From a virus (lineage: Duplodnaviria; Caudoviricetes), in IMG/VR virus record IMGVR_UViG_3300014201_000017, positions 1 to 37,126 of that record: a stretch of DNA of 37,126 nt; one strand, written 5' to 3'. Positions 6,988-14,518 of the stretch are shown piece after piece. The notes beneath the pieces are model-generated. The model did not search any database, was not told the origin of the DNA, and saw only the letters and a program-made list of their open reading frames with translations. The first letter of the stretch is position 1. Every line of letters begins with the position of its first letter. A program made the translations under genes and the position numbers.

Positions 6988-7232
6988 TTTAATTCCTCAA
7001 GTTTGCTGATAACTTCTCTCAGATCAATAATTTCTTCTTCATATGCTTTCCACTTCTCGTAGTACCAGTCAGCGCAGTTAAGACATTGCTTCAATCTTGC
7101 GTTAAGTTTTTCGATAGTGCCTTCAGGAGACTTACTCATACCAGGGTCTTCGTTGCTCTTGTTCGATGTCTCTGCATCTTTGCATGTCGTCTTGTTCCCG
7201 CAAATCATCTTCACCAGTCGCGTCATCTTCAT
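6984..7232 (-). CDS. Hypothetical protein
   Basis: GGAGG RBS; ATGA coupling to the next gene. Confidence 0.65.
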   Translation of the reverse strand: MKMTRLVKMICGNKTTCKDAETSNKSNEDPGMSKSPEGTIEKLNARLKQCLNCADWYYEKWKAYEEEIIDLREVISKLEELK

Positions 7233-7250
7233 AGTCCTCCCGGAAATCTC

Positions 7251-7478
7251 TCATTTTTTAATCCTCTTGTTTGTAAACCTGATGATATGGCCTCGCTGGA
7301 ATTCCCCTATCAGCCCTATCACGCTTATCAGTGTCCTGCCATCATTGACGCATCGCACCAAAAACCATGGGCCATGCTCGGAGATTTTCACTCTTGTGCC
7401 TGCCCGGAACGACTTGCCGAATTTCCTCATTCTCGTTCCCCCCATGGACACCAACAGTGGCAATTTTCTCCACCACAA
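7251..7478 (-). CDS. Hypothetical protein (likely start MRKFGKSF at ~7430)
   Basis: ORF track. Confidence 0.5.
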   Translation of the reverse strand: MWWRKLPLLVSMGGTRMRKFGKSFRAGTRVKISEHGPWFLVRCVNDGRTLISVIGLIGEFQRGHIIRFTNKRIKK

Positions 7479-7636
7479 AGTTTTTCTTTCAATCTTTTTA
7501 CTGCTTTCATCAAGGCTTTTTGAGGCGCTGAAAGTGAGCAGCTGGTTGAGGCTCTTTTATAGCCAAAATCCAATTCTTCAGGGCTGTATTTGCTTTTAGC
7601 CCTTGTCTGGTGATAGTCGTTTCTGTATTCGTACAT
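7427..7636 (-). CDS. Hypothetical protein with a C-terminal Cys cluster
   Basis: GGAG RBS; CGGENCHCWC. Confidence 0.55.
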   Translation of the reverse strand: MYEYRNDYHQTRAKSKYSPEELDFGYKRASTSCSLSAPQKALMKAVKRLKEKLCGGENCHCWCPWGERE

Positions 7637-7857
7637 TTTTTATGCTCCATCATTACTTTTTATGGTGTCTACATAATGATAAATACTGATTTCATACCAT
7701 GCATAATTTTTGACAAAATCTTTGGCATCTTCTAAATTTTTAAACCCTATTAAGTGACCCGGTGTGCGAGGTAAATGATAATCTGGTTTTTCATTTTTGA
7801 CTTCGGCTACGCCATAAACACATAAGCAATTACGATGCCACCAGCGATTGTTAACAT

Positions 7858-8019
7858 TTACGCCCCCACCTTTTCAAGACCTGCAAACTTTTTGCTTTCT
7901 TCTTTGCGCATGTCGTATCTGCGACTCTGGATCGCATTTTCTAGTACGCTCAATTCTAGATAGTCCAGCCGCTCGATCATTTTTACGATTGAAGTGATGA
8001 TGTCAATTGGTGTAGTCAT
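7858..8019 (-). CDS. 53-aa microprotein, paralog 2
   Basis: MTTPIDIITSIVKMIERLDYLELSVLENAIQSRRYDMRKEESKKFAGLEKVGA. Confidence 0.85.
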   Translation of the reverse strand: MTTPIDIITSIVKMIERLDYLELSVLENAIQSRRYDMRKEESKKFAGLEKVGA

Positions 8020-8150
8020 TAGTACGGTGCCCCTCTCTGTTCAAGTTGAATGTCTCTGGTTCGGTCGGCGTCATCAGCTGCTTTCAGGTCATCCCAATCG
8101 TCAGCATCTAAACAATTCTCTTCACAATATTCGTCTACAAAGTCGTACAT
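8019..8150 (-). CDS. 43-aa highly acidic microprotein
   Basis: MYDFVDEYCEENCLDADDWDDLKAADDADRTRDIQLEQRGAPY; GAGGTGG RBS; TAATG coupling. Confidence 0.7.
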   Translation of the reverse strand: MYDFVDEYCEENCLDADDWDDLKAADDADRTRDIQLEQRGAPY

Positions 8151-8354
8151 CTATGCCACCTCTTCGAATAATTCCTTGTGGCCTATGTCGGTATTGGCCA
8201 GCCCAATTAGAAAGCCCATAGCCTTGATTTGGCGCAGGACGGTCACTGTCAAGGTCTTGGTACCCGCTATTTTGGCAAAGCCTCTGGACATGTCACACAT
8301 GGGATAGAATTTTATTTCGCCGTAAACTGATTTGCCTTCGACTGTAATATTCAT
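8151..8354 (-). CDS. Conserved hypothetical phage early protein
   Basis: VYG...YP.C...FAKIAGTKTLT motif. Confidence 0.7.
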   Translation of the reverse strand: MNITVEGKSVYGEIKFYPMCDMSRGFAKIAGTKTLTVTVLRQIKAMGFLIGLANTDIGHKELFEEVA

Positions 8355-8491
8355 GCTGCATCACTCCTATTGAGTGATTTGGCGCGCATTTGAGCATCTG
8401 AAATCATGTTGAAATAATCAACAACTTCGTTATTGGAGTTAATTACGAGCCAGTTGCCTGTTTTGATGTCTTGGGCTAAATAATGTTTCAT
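8351..8491 (-). CDS. 46-aa hypothetical protein (MKHYLAQDIKTGNWLV...), first gene after the strong promoter
   Basis: AGAGG RBS; the track ORF (8632) extends through the promoter, so the start is reassigned. Confidence 0.65.
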   Translation of the reverse strand: MKHYLAQDIKTGNWLVINSNNEVVDYFNMISDAQMRAKSLNRSDAA

Positions 8492-8537
8492 TTTCTTTTC
8501 CTCTTTGTGCCGAAGCCCTATGCCCGACCACATGATC

Positions 8538-8574
8538 ATTATAAACGAATAACGCCCGGATGCAAGCGTTATTC
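8538..8574 (-). promoter_or_regulatory. Strong sigma70-type leftward promoter overlapped by an operator-like inverted repeat
   Basis: TTGCAT-N~17-TATAAT on the minus strand; GAATAACGC-N10-GCGTTATTC at 8547-8574. Confidence 0.75.
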
Positions 8575-8582
8575 TCATTAAA

Positions 8583-8942
8583 TTAGGCGCTAATTCTTTG
8601 ATAAGTTTTTGACCTGATCGAAACGCTGCCATGCTTCTCGCGGATTTGATCGATCGAATATTGCCCCTTGGAGCGGCTTTTCCACCCCGCAGGCCGGAAT
8701 TTCCACATCATCTTTTTAGGTGCCCATTTGAAGCCAGCGCCCTTGAGGGTCTCACGGTGGGGTCGTGTGTCTCCGGACACCCAAATCCATGACCCGCAAA
8801 TTTCGATGTCAAGGCCAAGCCCTATGATCGCGTTAAGAGCGGCATTGAGTTCGTCCCCGTATGCCCCTGCGTCAAAGCCATCGTCTGTCTTGATGCTCCC
8901 CGCTTCGAAGTCTTGAAGGGCAGCCCATGCGAGATTGATCAT
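8583..8942 (-). CDS. C-terminal domain of a phage DnaJ-associated protein, J-domain absent
   Basis: IEICGSWIWVSGDTRPHRETLKGAGFKWAPKK.MW motif; no HPD motif. Confidence 0.7.
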   Translation of the reverse strand: MINLAWAALQDFEAGSIKTDDGFDAGAYGDELNAALNAIIGLGLDIEICGSWIWVSGDTRPHRETLKGAGFKWAPKKMMWKFRPAGWKSRSKGQYSIDQIREKHGSVSIRSKTYQRISA

Positions 8943-8956
8943 TATTTTCTCTCATT

Positions 8957-9026
8957 TTGTGCCGATGCGTTGTGCCCGACCACGAGAGGACTATAAATCA
9001 TACAATGCGTGAGCGCGAGCGTTATT
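8957..9026 (-). promoter_or_regulatory. Second copy of the promoter/leader element (cf. 8504-8573)
   Basis: Shared AATAACGC...TTTATA.T...GTGGTCGGGCA-N-TCGGCACAAA before the RBS and ATG. Confidence 0.65.
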
Positions 9027-9175
9027 TGCACAAAAGGTGATATTTTCCCGAAAAGGGACAAATGACTATTATTTTTGAGGGTTTAGCGCAATAATTGGGT
9101 CGATCTGAATGTTAAAACCCCTTAGATCGATCAATTTCTGATCAATCACAAGGGGGTGTGTTCAGGGAAACGTAC

Positions 9176-9260
9176 TTGAAGATAAGAAAGACTAAGGCCG
9201 GAAACCTTAGACGACTTGCAAAACCTAAGCAAAGTATATCATTCTCTTTCTTATCCTCAA
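9176..9260. promoter_or_regulatory. 16-bp inverted repeat with an inner hairpin; overlaps a putative leftward promoter
   Basis: TTGAAGATAAGAAAGA / TCTTTCTTATCCTCAA (15/16); CTAAGG-N7-CCTTAG; minus strand TTGAGG-N16-TATACT. Confidence 0.55.
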
Positions 9261-9369
9261 GCACTTTTATTCAAAAAATTGAATTTAAAGGCGCATACCA
9301 TGAATCTGTACACCCAAAGGCCAATTATCGTTCAAAAACCCCTCAACCATTAAGACAAGGAAACGGAAT

Positions 9370-10095
9370 ATGTCTATCCAGAAAACAGTACCGAACTATT
9401 TAAGGCATCAGCCATCCCCTTACACAAACATCATCAATGAAACCATGGCGCTCATTCCTGACGCTGCTGCCCTTGGTATATATGTTTATCTTTTATCCAA
9501 GCCAGAAAATTGGGAAATACATATAACAGAACTGATGCGAAGATTTAATAAAGGTCGAGACTATATAGCGAGTAAATTAAAAATTCTAAAAGAAATTGGT
9601 TTGTACAAAGTTCAATCAATAAGAGATTCGTCAGGAAAAATATTACATTGGGAAACTGTTCTTTATAAATACATTCCAAACCAGATTACTGAAAACCCGG
9701 AATCTGGTAAAGAGGCCAACAGCCAGATTACTGAAAATCCAGAATCTGGTAAAACCAGATTCTGGGAAACACCCCCCCCTAATAAAGAAAGAGCTTTAGT
9801 AATTAAAGATGTTAATAAAAAAGCTTTTAAAAGCTCTTGTATTTCCAAACCTGAAAAGCCAAAACAAACACGCCAATCAATGCGCGCAGAAAATGAGCAA
9901 AAACATCATTGGCATGCTAATGCAAAAGTCTGTGAGCCAGTTACAAAAGACGAGGTTGTTTGTGTCAGCTGCAAAAGGCCAACCACTCAATGCGGGTGTT
10001 ATGGTGTTGAGCCTCCCAGAATGCCCAAAGAAATCGCAAAAATGTTTACTCAAGCCGCATTAGCCAAATTAGGGAAAGCTGCATCACCAAATTAA
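9370..10095 (+). CDS. Phage replication initiator (HTH, lambda O-like organisation)
   Basis: ALGIYVYLLSKPENWEI...ELMRRF..GRD HTH motif; internal DNA repeats. Confidence 0.85.
   Translation: MSIQKTVPNYLRHQPSPYTNIINETMALIPDAAALGIYVYLLSKPENWEIHITELMRRFNKGRDYIASKLKILKEIGLYKVQSIRDSSGKILHWETVLYKYIPNQITENPESGKEANSQITENPESGKTRFWETPPPNKERALVIKDVNKKAFKSSCISKPEKPKQTRQSMRAENEQKHHWHANAKVCEPVTKDEVVCVSCKRPTTQCGCYGVEPPRMPKEIAKMFTQAALAKLGKAASPN
9681..9765. repeat. Iteron-like replication origin inside the initiator gene
   Basis: CCAGATTACTGAAAAYCCRGAATCTGGTAAA twice, plus a partial CCAGATTCTGG; followed by an A-rich tract. Confidence 0.75.
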
Positions 10096-10104
10096 GGATA
10101 AAAT

Positions 10105-10332
10105 ATGTACAATGGACGGTATGGGAACCTTTCTGCAATTGAAGGCGCAAGAATGTTATTGCAAGACGTTGCAAATAATTGCACATGGGAAAATATCAAC
10201 GCGGATGACTATGATGCAAACCGATTAATGAAAACAATCGAAGGATTGCAAATGATCATTCATAAAAACGGCGGCAAGCAACCTATTACATGGCTTCCCT
10301 TTTTATACAAAAGAGGGCTTCATCTTGTCTAA
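10105..10332 (+). CDS. Hypothetical protein
   Basis: AAGGA RBS; ORF track. Confidence 0.6.
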   Translation: MYNGRYGNLSAIEGARMLLQDVANNCTWENINADDYDANRLMKTIEGLQMIIHKNGGKQPITWLPFLYKRGLHLV

Positions 10333-10540
10333 GGCAGTAGATATAGCAAAAAAACATGAGCTATGGGCCTTAATCCGGGCACTGGGACGACTTTATGACG
10401 AAGATGAGGGGCTCCTTAGGGTCTACGCAAAAGATCGCTATGAGGCTTGTATTGGCGATCTGGATGGGGCTATTGCGTGCTTTCGGGATCTGCTGGAAAT
10501 TGATGGGTGGCGAGAGAAGCAGAAAATGCATAAAAAATAA
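10325..10540 (+). CDS. Hypothetical protein
   Basis: TTG start after GAGGG; overlaps the upstream stop. Confidence 0.55.
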   Translation: MSKAVDIAKKHELWALIRALGRLYDEDEGLLRVYAKDRYEACIGDLDGAIACFRDLLEIDGWREKQKMHKK

Positions 10541-10549
10541 TCAATGCGC

Positions 10550-10576
10550 AAAACCCTCATAAGTATTAGGGTTTTT
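10550..10576 (+). terminator. Possible intrinsic terminator
   Basis: AAAACCCT-N10-AGGGTTTTT. Confidence 0.5.
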
Positions 10577-10592
10577 CTGGATTTGAACAGGG

Positions 10593-10601
10593 TTATCCAC
10601 A
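10593..10601 (+). promoter_or_regulatory. Consensus DnaA box
   Basis: TTATCCACA in an intergenic region, followed by three GTGAA repeats and an AT-rich stretch. Confidence 0.55.
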
Positions 10602-10687
10602 AGTTCTGTGAATCTGTGAAACATCTCGTGAAACATTTTATGTAGAAAAAATAAATTTAATGTTTGAAAAATGTACGTTAATGTGCC

Positions 10688-11080
10688 ATGTTATCAATTC
10701 ACGTGGAACATGGATGTATCCTGATGACAGCGACTCCGCAAAAACGTTCTGGAAGAGGAACAAGAACTAACCTTTGCCCGACCTGTAAAAAAATAAGGGA
10801 TGGTGGATCGAAATATTGCCGGGCATGTGCAAATGCCCGCGCAAGAGAATGGCGGAAAACACACCCTTTAAATCCTGAGCAACGCAAAAAGGCAATTATT
10901 CGGGCAAAAGTCAAAATGCGCCTGAGAAGGGGCTTATTAATAAAATACCCTTGTGAAGTATGCGACGATCCAAAAGTCGAGGCTCATCACGATAATTATG
11001 AACATCCCTACTGTGTTAGATGGCTTTGTCGAAAATGCCATAATGACTGGCATAAAAATCAAAGGGAGCAGATCCGATGA
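10688..11080 (+). CDS. HNH-like zinc-finger protein
   Basis: CEVC...EAHHDNY..P..VRWLCRKCH..WH. Confidence 0.8.
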   Translation: MLSIHVEHGCILMTATPQKRSGRGTRTNLCPTCKKIRDGGSKYCRACANARAREWRKTHPLNPEQRKKAIIRAKVKMRLRRGLLIKYPCEVCDDPKVEAHHDNYEHPYCVRWLCRKCHNDWHKNQREQIR

Positions 11081-11517
11081 AAGTGAAGATCAACCTCCCA
11101 TGGCCCCCCTCAGTCAACAGAATCTGGAAAACTACCAGCAAAGGTGGCTGGTACTCAACAAAAGAAGCAAAAGAATATCGAATCTCCGTTACCTATCTTG
11201 CCATAGCAGCAGGTATACGTAATTCCTTTCCTTCTGGAAACGTCCGAGTCTGCCTTTTTGTTTATCCCCCAGACAAACGGAAAATCGACCTCGATAACCG
11301 GGCAAAAGTCATTCTGGATGCTTTACAGGACGCCAAAGTCTATAATAACGATTCCCAGATCAAAATCCTGCACATGGAAATGCTCGAAGTCCGAAAGGGA
11401 GGATTTGTAACTGTCATCATTAACAAACTGGATGGGCATGAAATTGGCAAGATGGAGGAAACATCAAATGGATCAGTCAACGATGCAGAGCGCCAGGAAC
11501 CTGATAATCAAGCATGA
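11077..11517 (+). CDS. rusA: RusA-family Holliday junction resolvase
   Basis: LPWPPSVNRIW, PPDKRKIDLDNRAKVILDAL, NDSQI. Confidence 0.93.
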   Translation: MKVKINLPWPPSVNRIWKTTSKGGWYSTKEAKEYRISVTYLAIAAGIRNSFPSGNVRVCLFVYPPDKRKIDLDNRAKVILDALQDAKVYNNDSQIKILHMEMLEVRKGGFVTVIINKLDGHEIGKMEETSNGSVNDAERQEPDNQA

Positions 11518-11920
11518 AGGTTTTAAAGCATGGCCCTACAAAGACTCTCGCGGGTTTTTGACAATCGGATATGGTCATTGTCTTGCCACAACCCCTATCA
11601 CTTCCCAAGCTGCCAAAGCTGTACTCGATGACGACATGACAGCAGTAGTTTATGCTTTGCAGAAGTATGCCCCTGTTTTTGACAATCTCTGCCCGGAACG
11701 TCAGGCTGTCCTGATCGACATGACATACAATCTCGGGATCACCGGCATTTTGAAATTTGCTGATATGTGGGCCTCAATCGAAAAAGAAGACTGGAAAGCA
11801 GCATCAGACGCCATGCTGAATTCAAAATGGGCTCTTGAAGTTGGAAAACGGGCGATGGAAGACGCCAATATCATGCTGACAGGAAAAATTAACCTTCTCG
11901 CCGATTATGGTAACAGTTGA
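11468..11920 (+). CDS. Endolysin, T4-like lysozyme (GH24)
   Basis: KHEG...YKDSRGFLTIGYGH, RQAVLIDMTYNLG, SKWA; start reassigned to the ATG after GGAGG. Confidence 0.92.
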   Translation: MDQSTMQSARNLIIKHEGFKAWPYKDSRGFLTIGYGHCLATTPITSQAAKAVLDDDMTAVVYALQKYAPVFDNLCPERQAVLIDMTYNLGITGILKFADMWASIEKEDWKAASDAMLNSKWALEVGKRAMEDANIMLTGKINLLADYGNS

Positions 11921-11978
11921 TTTTTGTGCTATCCGCCAGTAATATCAACAGATTAACTTTTCACCCGGAGCAACTGAA

Positions 11979-12164
11979 ATGAAGAAAGCAAACTCAAAAC
12001 ACCACAAAGAAGCAAAAAAACATATGGAAAAAGCCGAGAAGATGTCAGAAAAGATGCATCATCACATGAGCATGGCGCACAAGGCCATGGGCAAAATTGG
12101 AACCGCTGGCGAAGAAAAGAAAATGGCCAAAAAAGGAAGCAAGAAAGGCAGCAAGTACCCATAA
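11979..12164 (+). CDS. 61-aa Lys/His/Met-rich protein
   Basis: GGAG RBS; low-complexity basic sequence. Confidence 0.75.
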   Translation: MKKANSKHHKEAKKHMEKAEKMSEKMHHHMSMAHKAMGKIGTAGEEKKMAKKGSKKGSKYP

Positions 12165-12409
12165 TGAATACCAGAATCTGCAGCGCCTGCAAGGGAACAA
12201 AACTCCTGCTCTATATCGGGGGCATAACCAGGGCATGCAATCTGTGTAATGGTATCGGCCATGTGGAAATTCCACTGGCCGATGAACCAGAACCAGAAAA
12301 AGAAATTCAGATGAAAAAACGTGGACGTCCTCCAAAGCAGGTAGAAAATATTTCCACAAATAACGAGGTGGCCAATGGCGAAAGTAGGCAGGGGCAGGCC
12401 AGCGTTTAA
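12164..12409 (+). CDS. Small DnaJ-type zinc-finger protein with an AT-hook-like KKRGRPPK
   Basis: CSACKG...CNLCNGIG. Confidence 0.7.
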   Translation: MNTRICSACKGTKLLLYIGGITRACNLCNGIGHVEIPLADEPEPEKEIQMKKRGRPPKQVENISTNNEVANGESRQGQASV

Positions 12410-12767
12410 AATAACTCAGGAGATTATTGATAAAGCAGAATCTTTGTCAGCTGCTGGACTTACCAAAGAAGAAATAGCCCATTGTCTGAATATTTCATAT
12501 CAAACATTAAATGAAAAAAGCAAAATAAATGCTGATTTTTCTGAGGCTATAACGCGCGGACGATCAAAAGGCATTGGAATGATGGCCAATAATCTGGTGA
12601 AATTGGCCAAAGGTGGAAATGCCGCAGCAAATATTTTCTGGTTGAAAGCGCGTGCAAAATGGAAAGAACGTGATGAAGAAGTAGAAGACATTCTCACCAA
12701 GGCAAGCAAAATGCTGGATGAAGTAAAAGAGATTGCAAATAAATGCTTGCAAACCCCCAACAAGTAG
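12375..12767 (+). CDS. terS: Terminase small subunit
   Basis: GRP, HTH (GLTKEEIAHCLNIS), AANIFWLKAR..W; directly upstream of TerL. Confidence 0.85.
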   Translation: MAKVGRGRPAFKITQEIIDKAESLSAAGLTKEEIAHCLNISYQTLNEKSKINADFSEAITRGRSKGIGMMANNLVKLAKGGNAAANIFWLKARAKWKERDEEVEDILTKASKMLDEVKEIANKCLQTPNK

Positions 12768-14296
12768 AAAAAGATTTTAATGATCTGCGATTAAAACTCC
12801 TGAGTTCTTTTCTGGGTTTTACGCGGTTTTTTTATGAGTTAAGAACTCAAAGAGAATTTATAGTCAGCAATCCTCTGCATTGTGAGCCACATGTTGTAAC
12901 AATGTGTCGTGAACTCACAGACGTATTTTTAATGAAAACTCCGCGCCTCATGATTAATGTGCCGCCCGGCTGGTCGAAAAGTGCTTTATGTCAAAGTTTT
13001 ATTACTTATTGTTTTGCATGGTATTCGGATTGCAGATTTCTTTATCTCAGTCATTCATTTGATCTTGCTGCATCACATACACATACCGTAAAAAAGATTA
13101 TGGAAATGAAAGAGTACAGACAATTATTTGCTGTCAATATTCGCCGGGATCAGTCGGCAAAAGATTTTTTTGAAACAACAGAAGGGGGAGCAGTTGCTGC
13201 ATTTGGTGCAAAAGGTAGTATCGTTGGTAGAGACGCTGGGCTTCCTGGTCTGGATCGGTTTAGCGGCTGTCTGCTTTTGGATGATATGCACAAACCTGAT
13301 GAAGTCCATAGTGATACCATTCGTGAAAAGGTTCACAAAAATTACTTCGAGACAATTGAAACTCGTTTGCGCAGCGCAAATGTGCCCGTGGTGTTTATTG
13401 GACAAAGGCTGCATGAAGATGACCTATGCGCTCATTTGCTTAATGGGGCCGACGGGCAACAATGGAAACATGTCTGTATTAAGGCGCTGGATGCCACTGG
13501 CAATGCTCGATATCCGGAAGTAATGCCAAAGTCCAAGCTCCTGACAATGCAGAAGACTCAGCCCTATGTGTTTTCATCCCAATATCAGCAGGAACCGATA
13601 CCAGCAGGCGGCGCATTATTCAAAACCGAATGGTTTGAGGTATTGGACGAGGAACCAGAAATACTCGCAACGTTTATCACATTTGATGGGGCCGAGACCG
13701 AGAAACACTATAATGATGCAACAGCAATGTCATTCTGGGGTCTTTATAAACTCAAACACGAGAGCCACGATACCGATATGTATGGTCTGCACTGGCTGGA
13801 TTGTCTTGAGGAATGGGTGGAACCAAAAGATCTTGAGGAATTGTTTCTGGATTTCTATGCTGCCTGTCTCAGGCATCCCGTTAAGCCCACAGCAGCAGGC
13901 ATAGAGAAGAAATCAACCGGCACAACACTTCTGTCAGTGTTAAAGAAGCGTCAGGGCCTGAGCCTGATAGATATAGAGCGGTCAGCTGCAGATGGAAGCA
14001 AGTCTGACCGGTTCATCGAGATTCAACCTTATATTGCCAGACGACAGGTAACCCTGCCAAAATACGGCAAGCATAATGCGAAAGTCATCAAGCATATGAC
14101 CAGTATCACAGCAAACAATACCCATGCCAGGGATGATATTGCCGATACCTGTCAGCAGGCCATCGAGATTGCCCTGATTCGCAAATTGATAATCAGGCAG
14201 ACAGTACAGGGCACCAAAGACGTTGATGACAGGGTAAAGTATGTCATGGGCAATTTTACAAGATTGCAGAGACTCAAAAGGAAGGCCATATCATGA
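12743..14296 (+). CDS. terL: Terminase large subunit
   Basis: MINVPPGWSKS (Walker A), LLLDDMHKP (Walker B), GQRLHEDD, SQYQQEP, nuclease FDGA...HARDDIAD. Confidence 0.95.
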   Translation: MLANPQQVEKDFNDLRLKLLSSFLGFTRFFYELRTQREFIVSNPLHCEPHVVTMCRELTDVFLMKTPRLMINVPPGWSKSALCQSFITYCFAWYSDCRFLYLSHSFDLAASHTHTVKKIMEMKEYRQLFAVNIRRDQSAKDFFETTEGGAVAAFGAKGSIVGRDAGLPGLDRFSGCLLLDDMHKPDEVHSDTIREKVHKNYFETIETRLRSANVPVVFIGQRLHEDDLCAHLLNGADGQQWKHVCIKALDATGNARYPEVMPKSKLLTMQKTQPYVFSSQYQQEPIPAGGALFKTEWFEVLDEEPEILATFITFDGAETEKHYNDATAMSFWGLYKLKHESHDTDMYGLHWLDCLEEWVEPKDLEELFLDFYAACLRHPVKPTAAGIEKKSTGTTLLSVLKKRQGLSLIDIERSAADGSKSDRFIEIQPYIARRQVTLPKYGKHNAKVIKHMTSITANNTHARDDIADTCQQAIEIALIRKLIIRQTVQGTKDVDDRVKYVMGNFTRLQRLKRKAIS

Positions 14297-14499
14297 GACA
14301 GATAGCATTCAGTGGCATGTGGTGCAGCCCTCAAAATATTGTCAAAGACGGTGACTTCAGAATCAGGGGAACTATGTCCCCTCCTCTGATGAAAAATCAC
14401 CCCCCCATTCATCGCTACGAGAATTTCCCTTCGGTGGCCGAACGGGACAAACGATATAACGCACTGATGAAGCAGATGGATGATAGCTTTTGGATATAA
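14293..14499 (+). CDS. Hypothetical protein between terL and portal
   Basis: ATGA overlap with the terL stop. Confidence 0.55.
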   Translation: MRQIAFSGMWCSPQNIVKDGDFRIRGTMSPPLMKNHPPIHRYENFPSVAERDKRYNALMKQMDDSFWI

Positions 14500-14518
14500 T
14501 ATGACCTAATATGGCGAA

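Noticed and set aside
9158-9403. 81-aa + strand ORF as a Cro-like regulator
   Set aside because: No HTH pattern; it overlaps the inverted repeat, the antisense promoter and the initiator start
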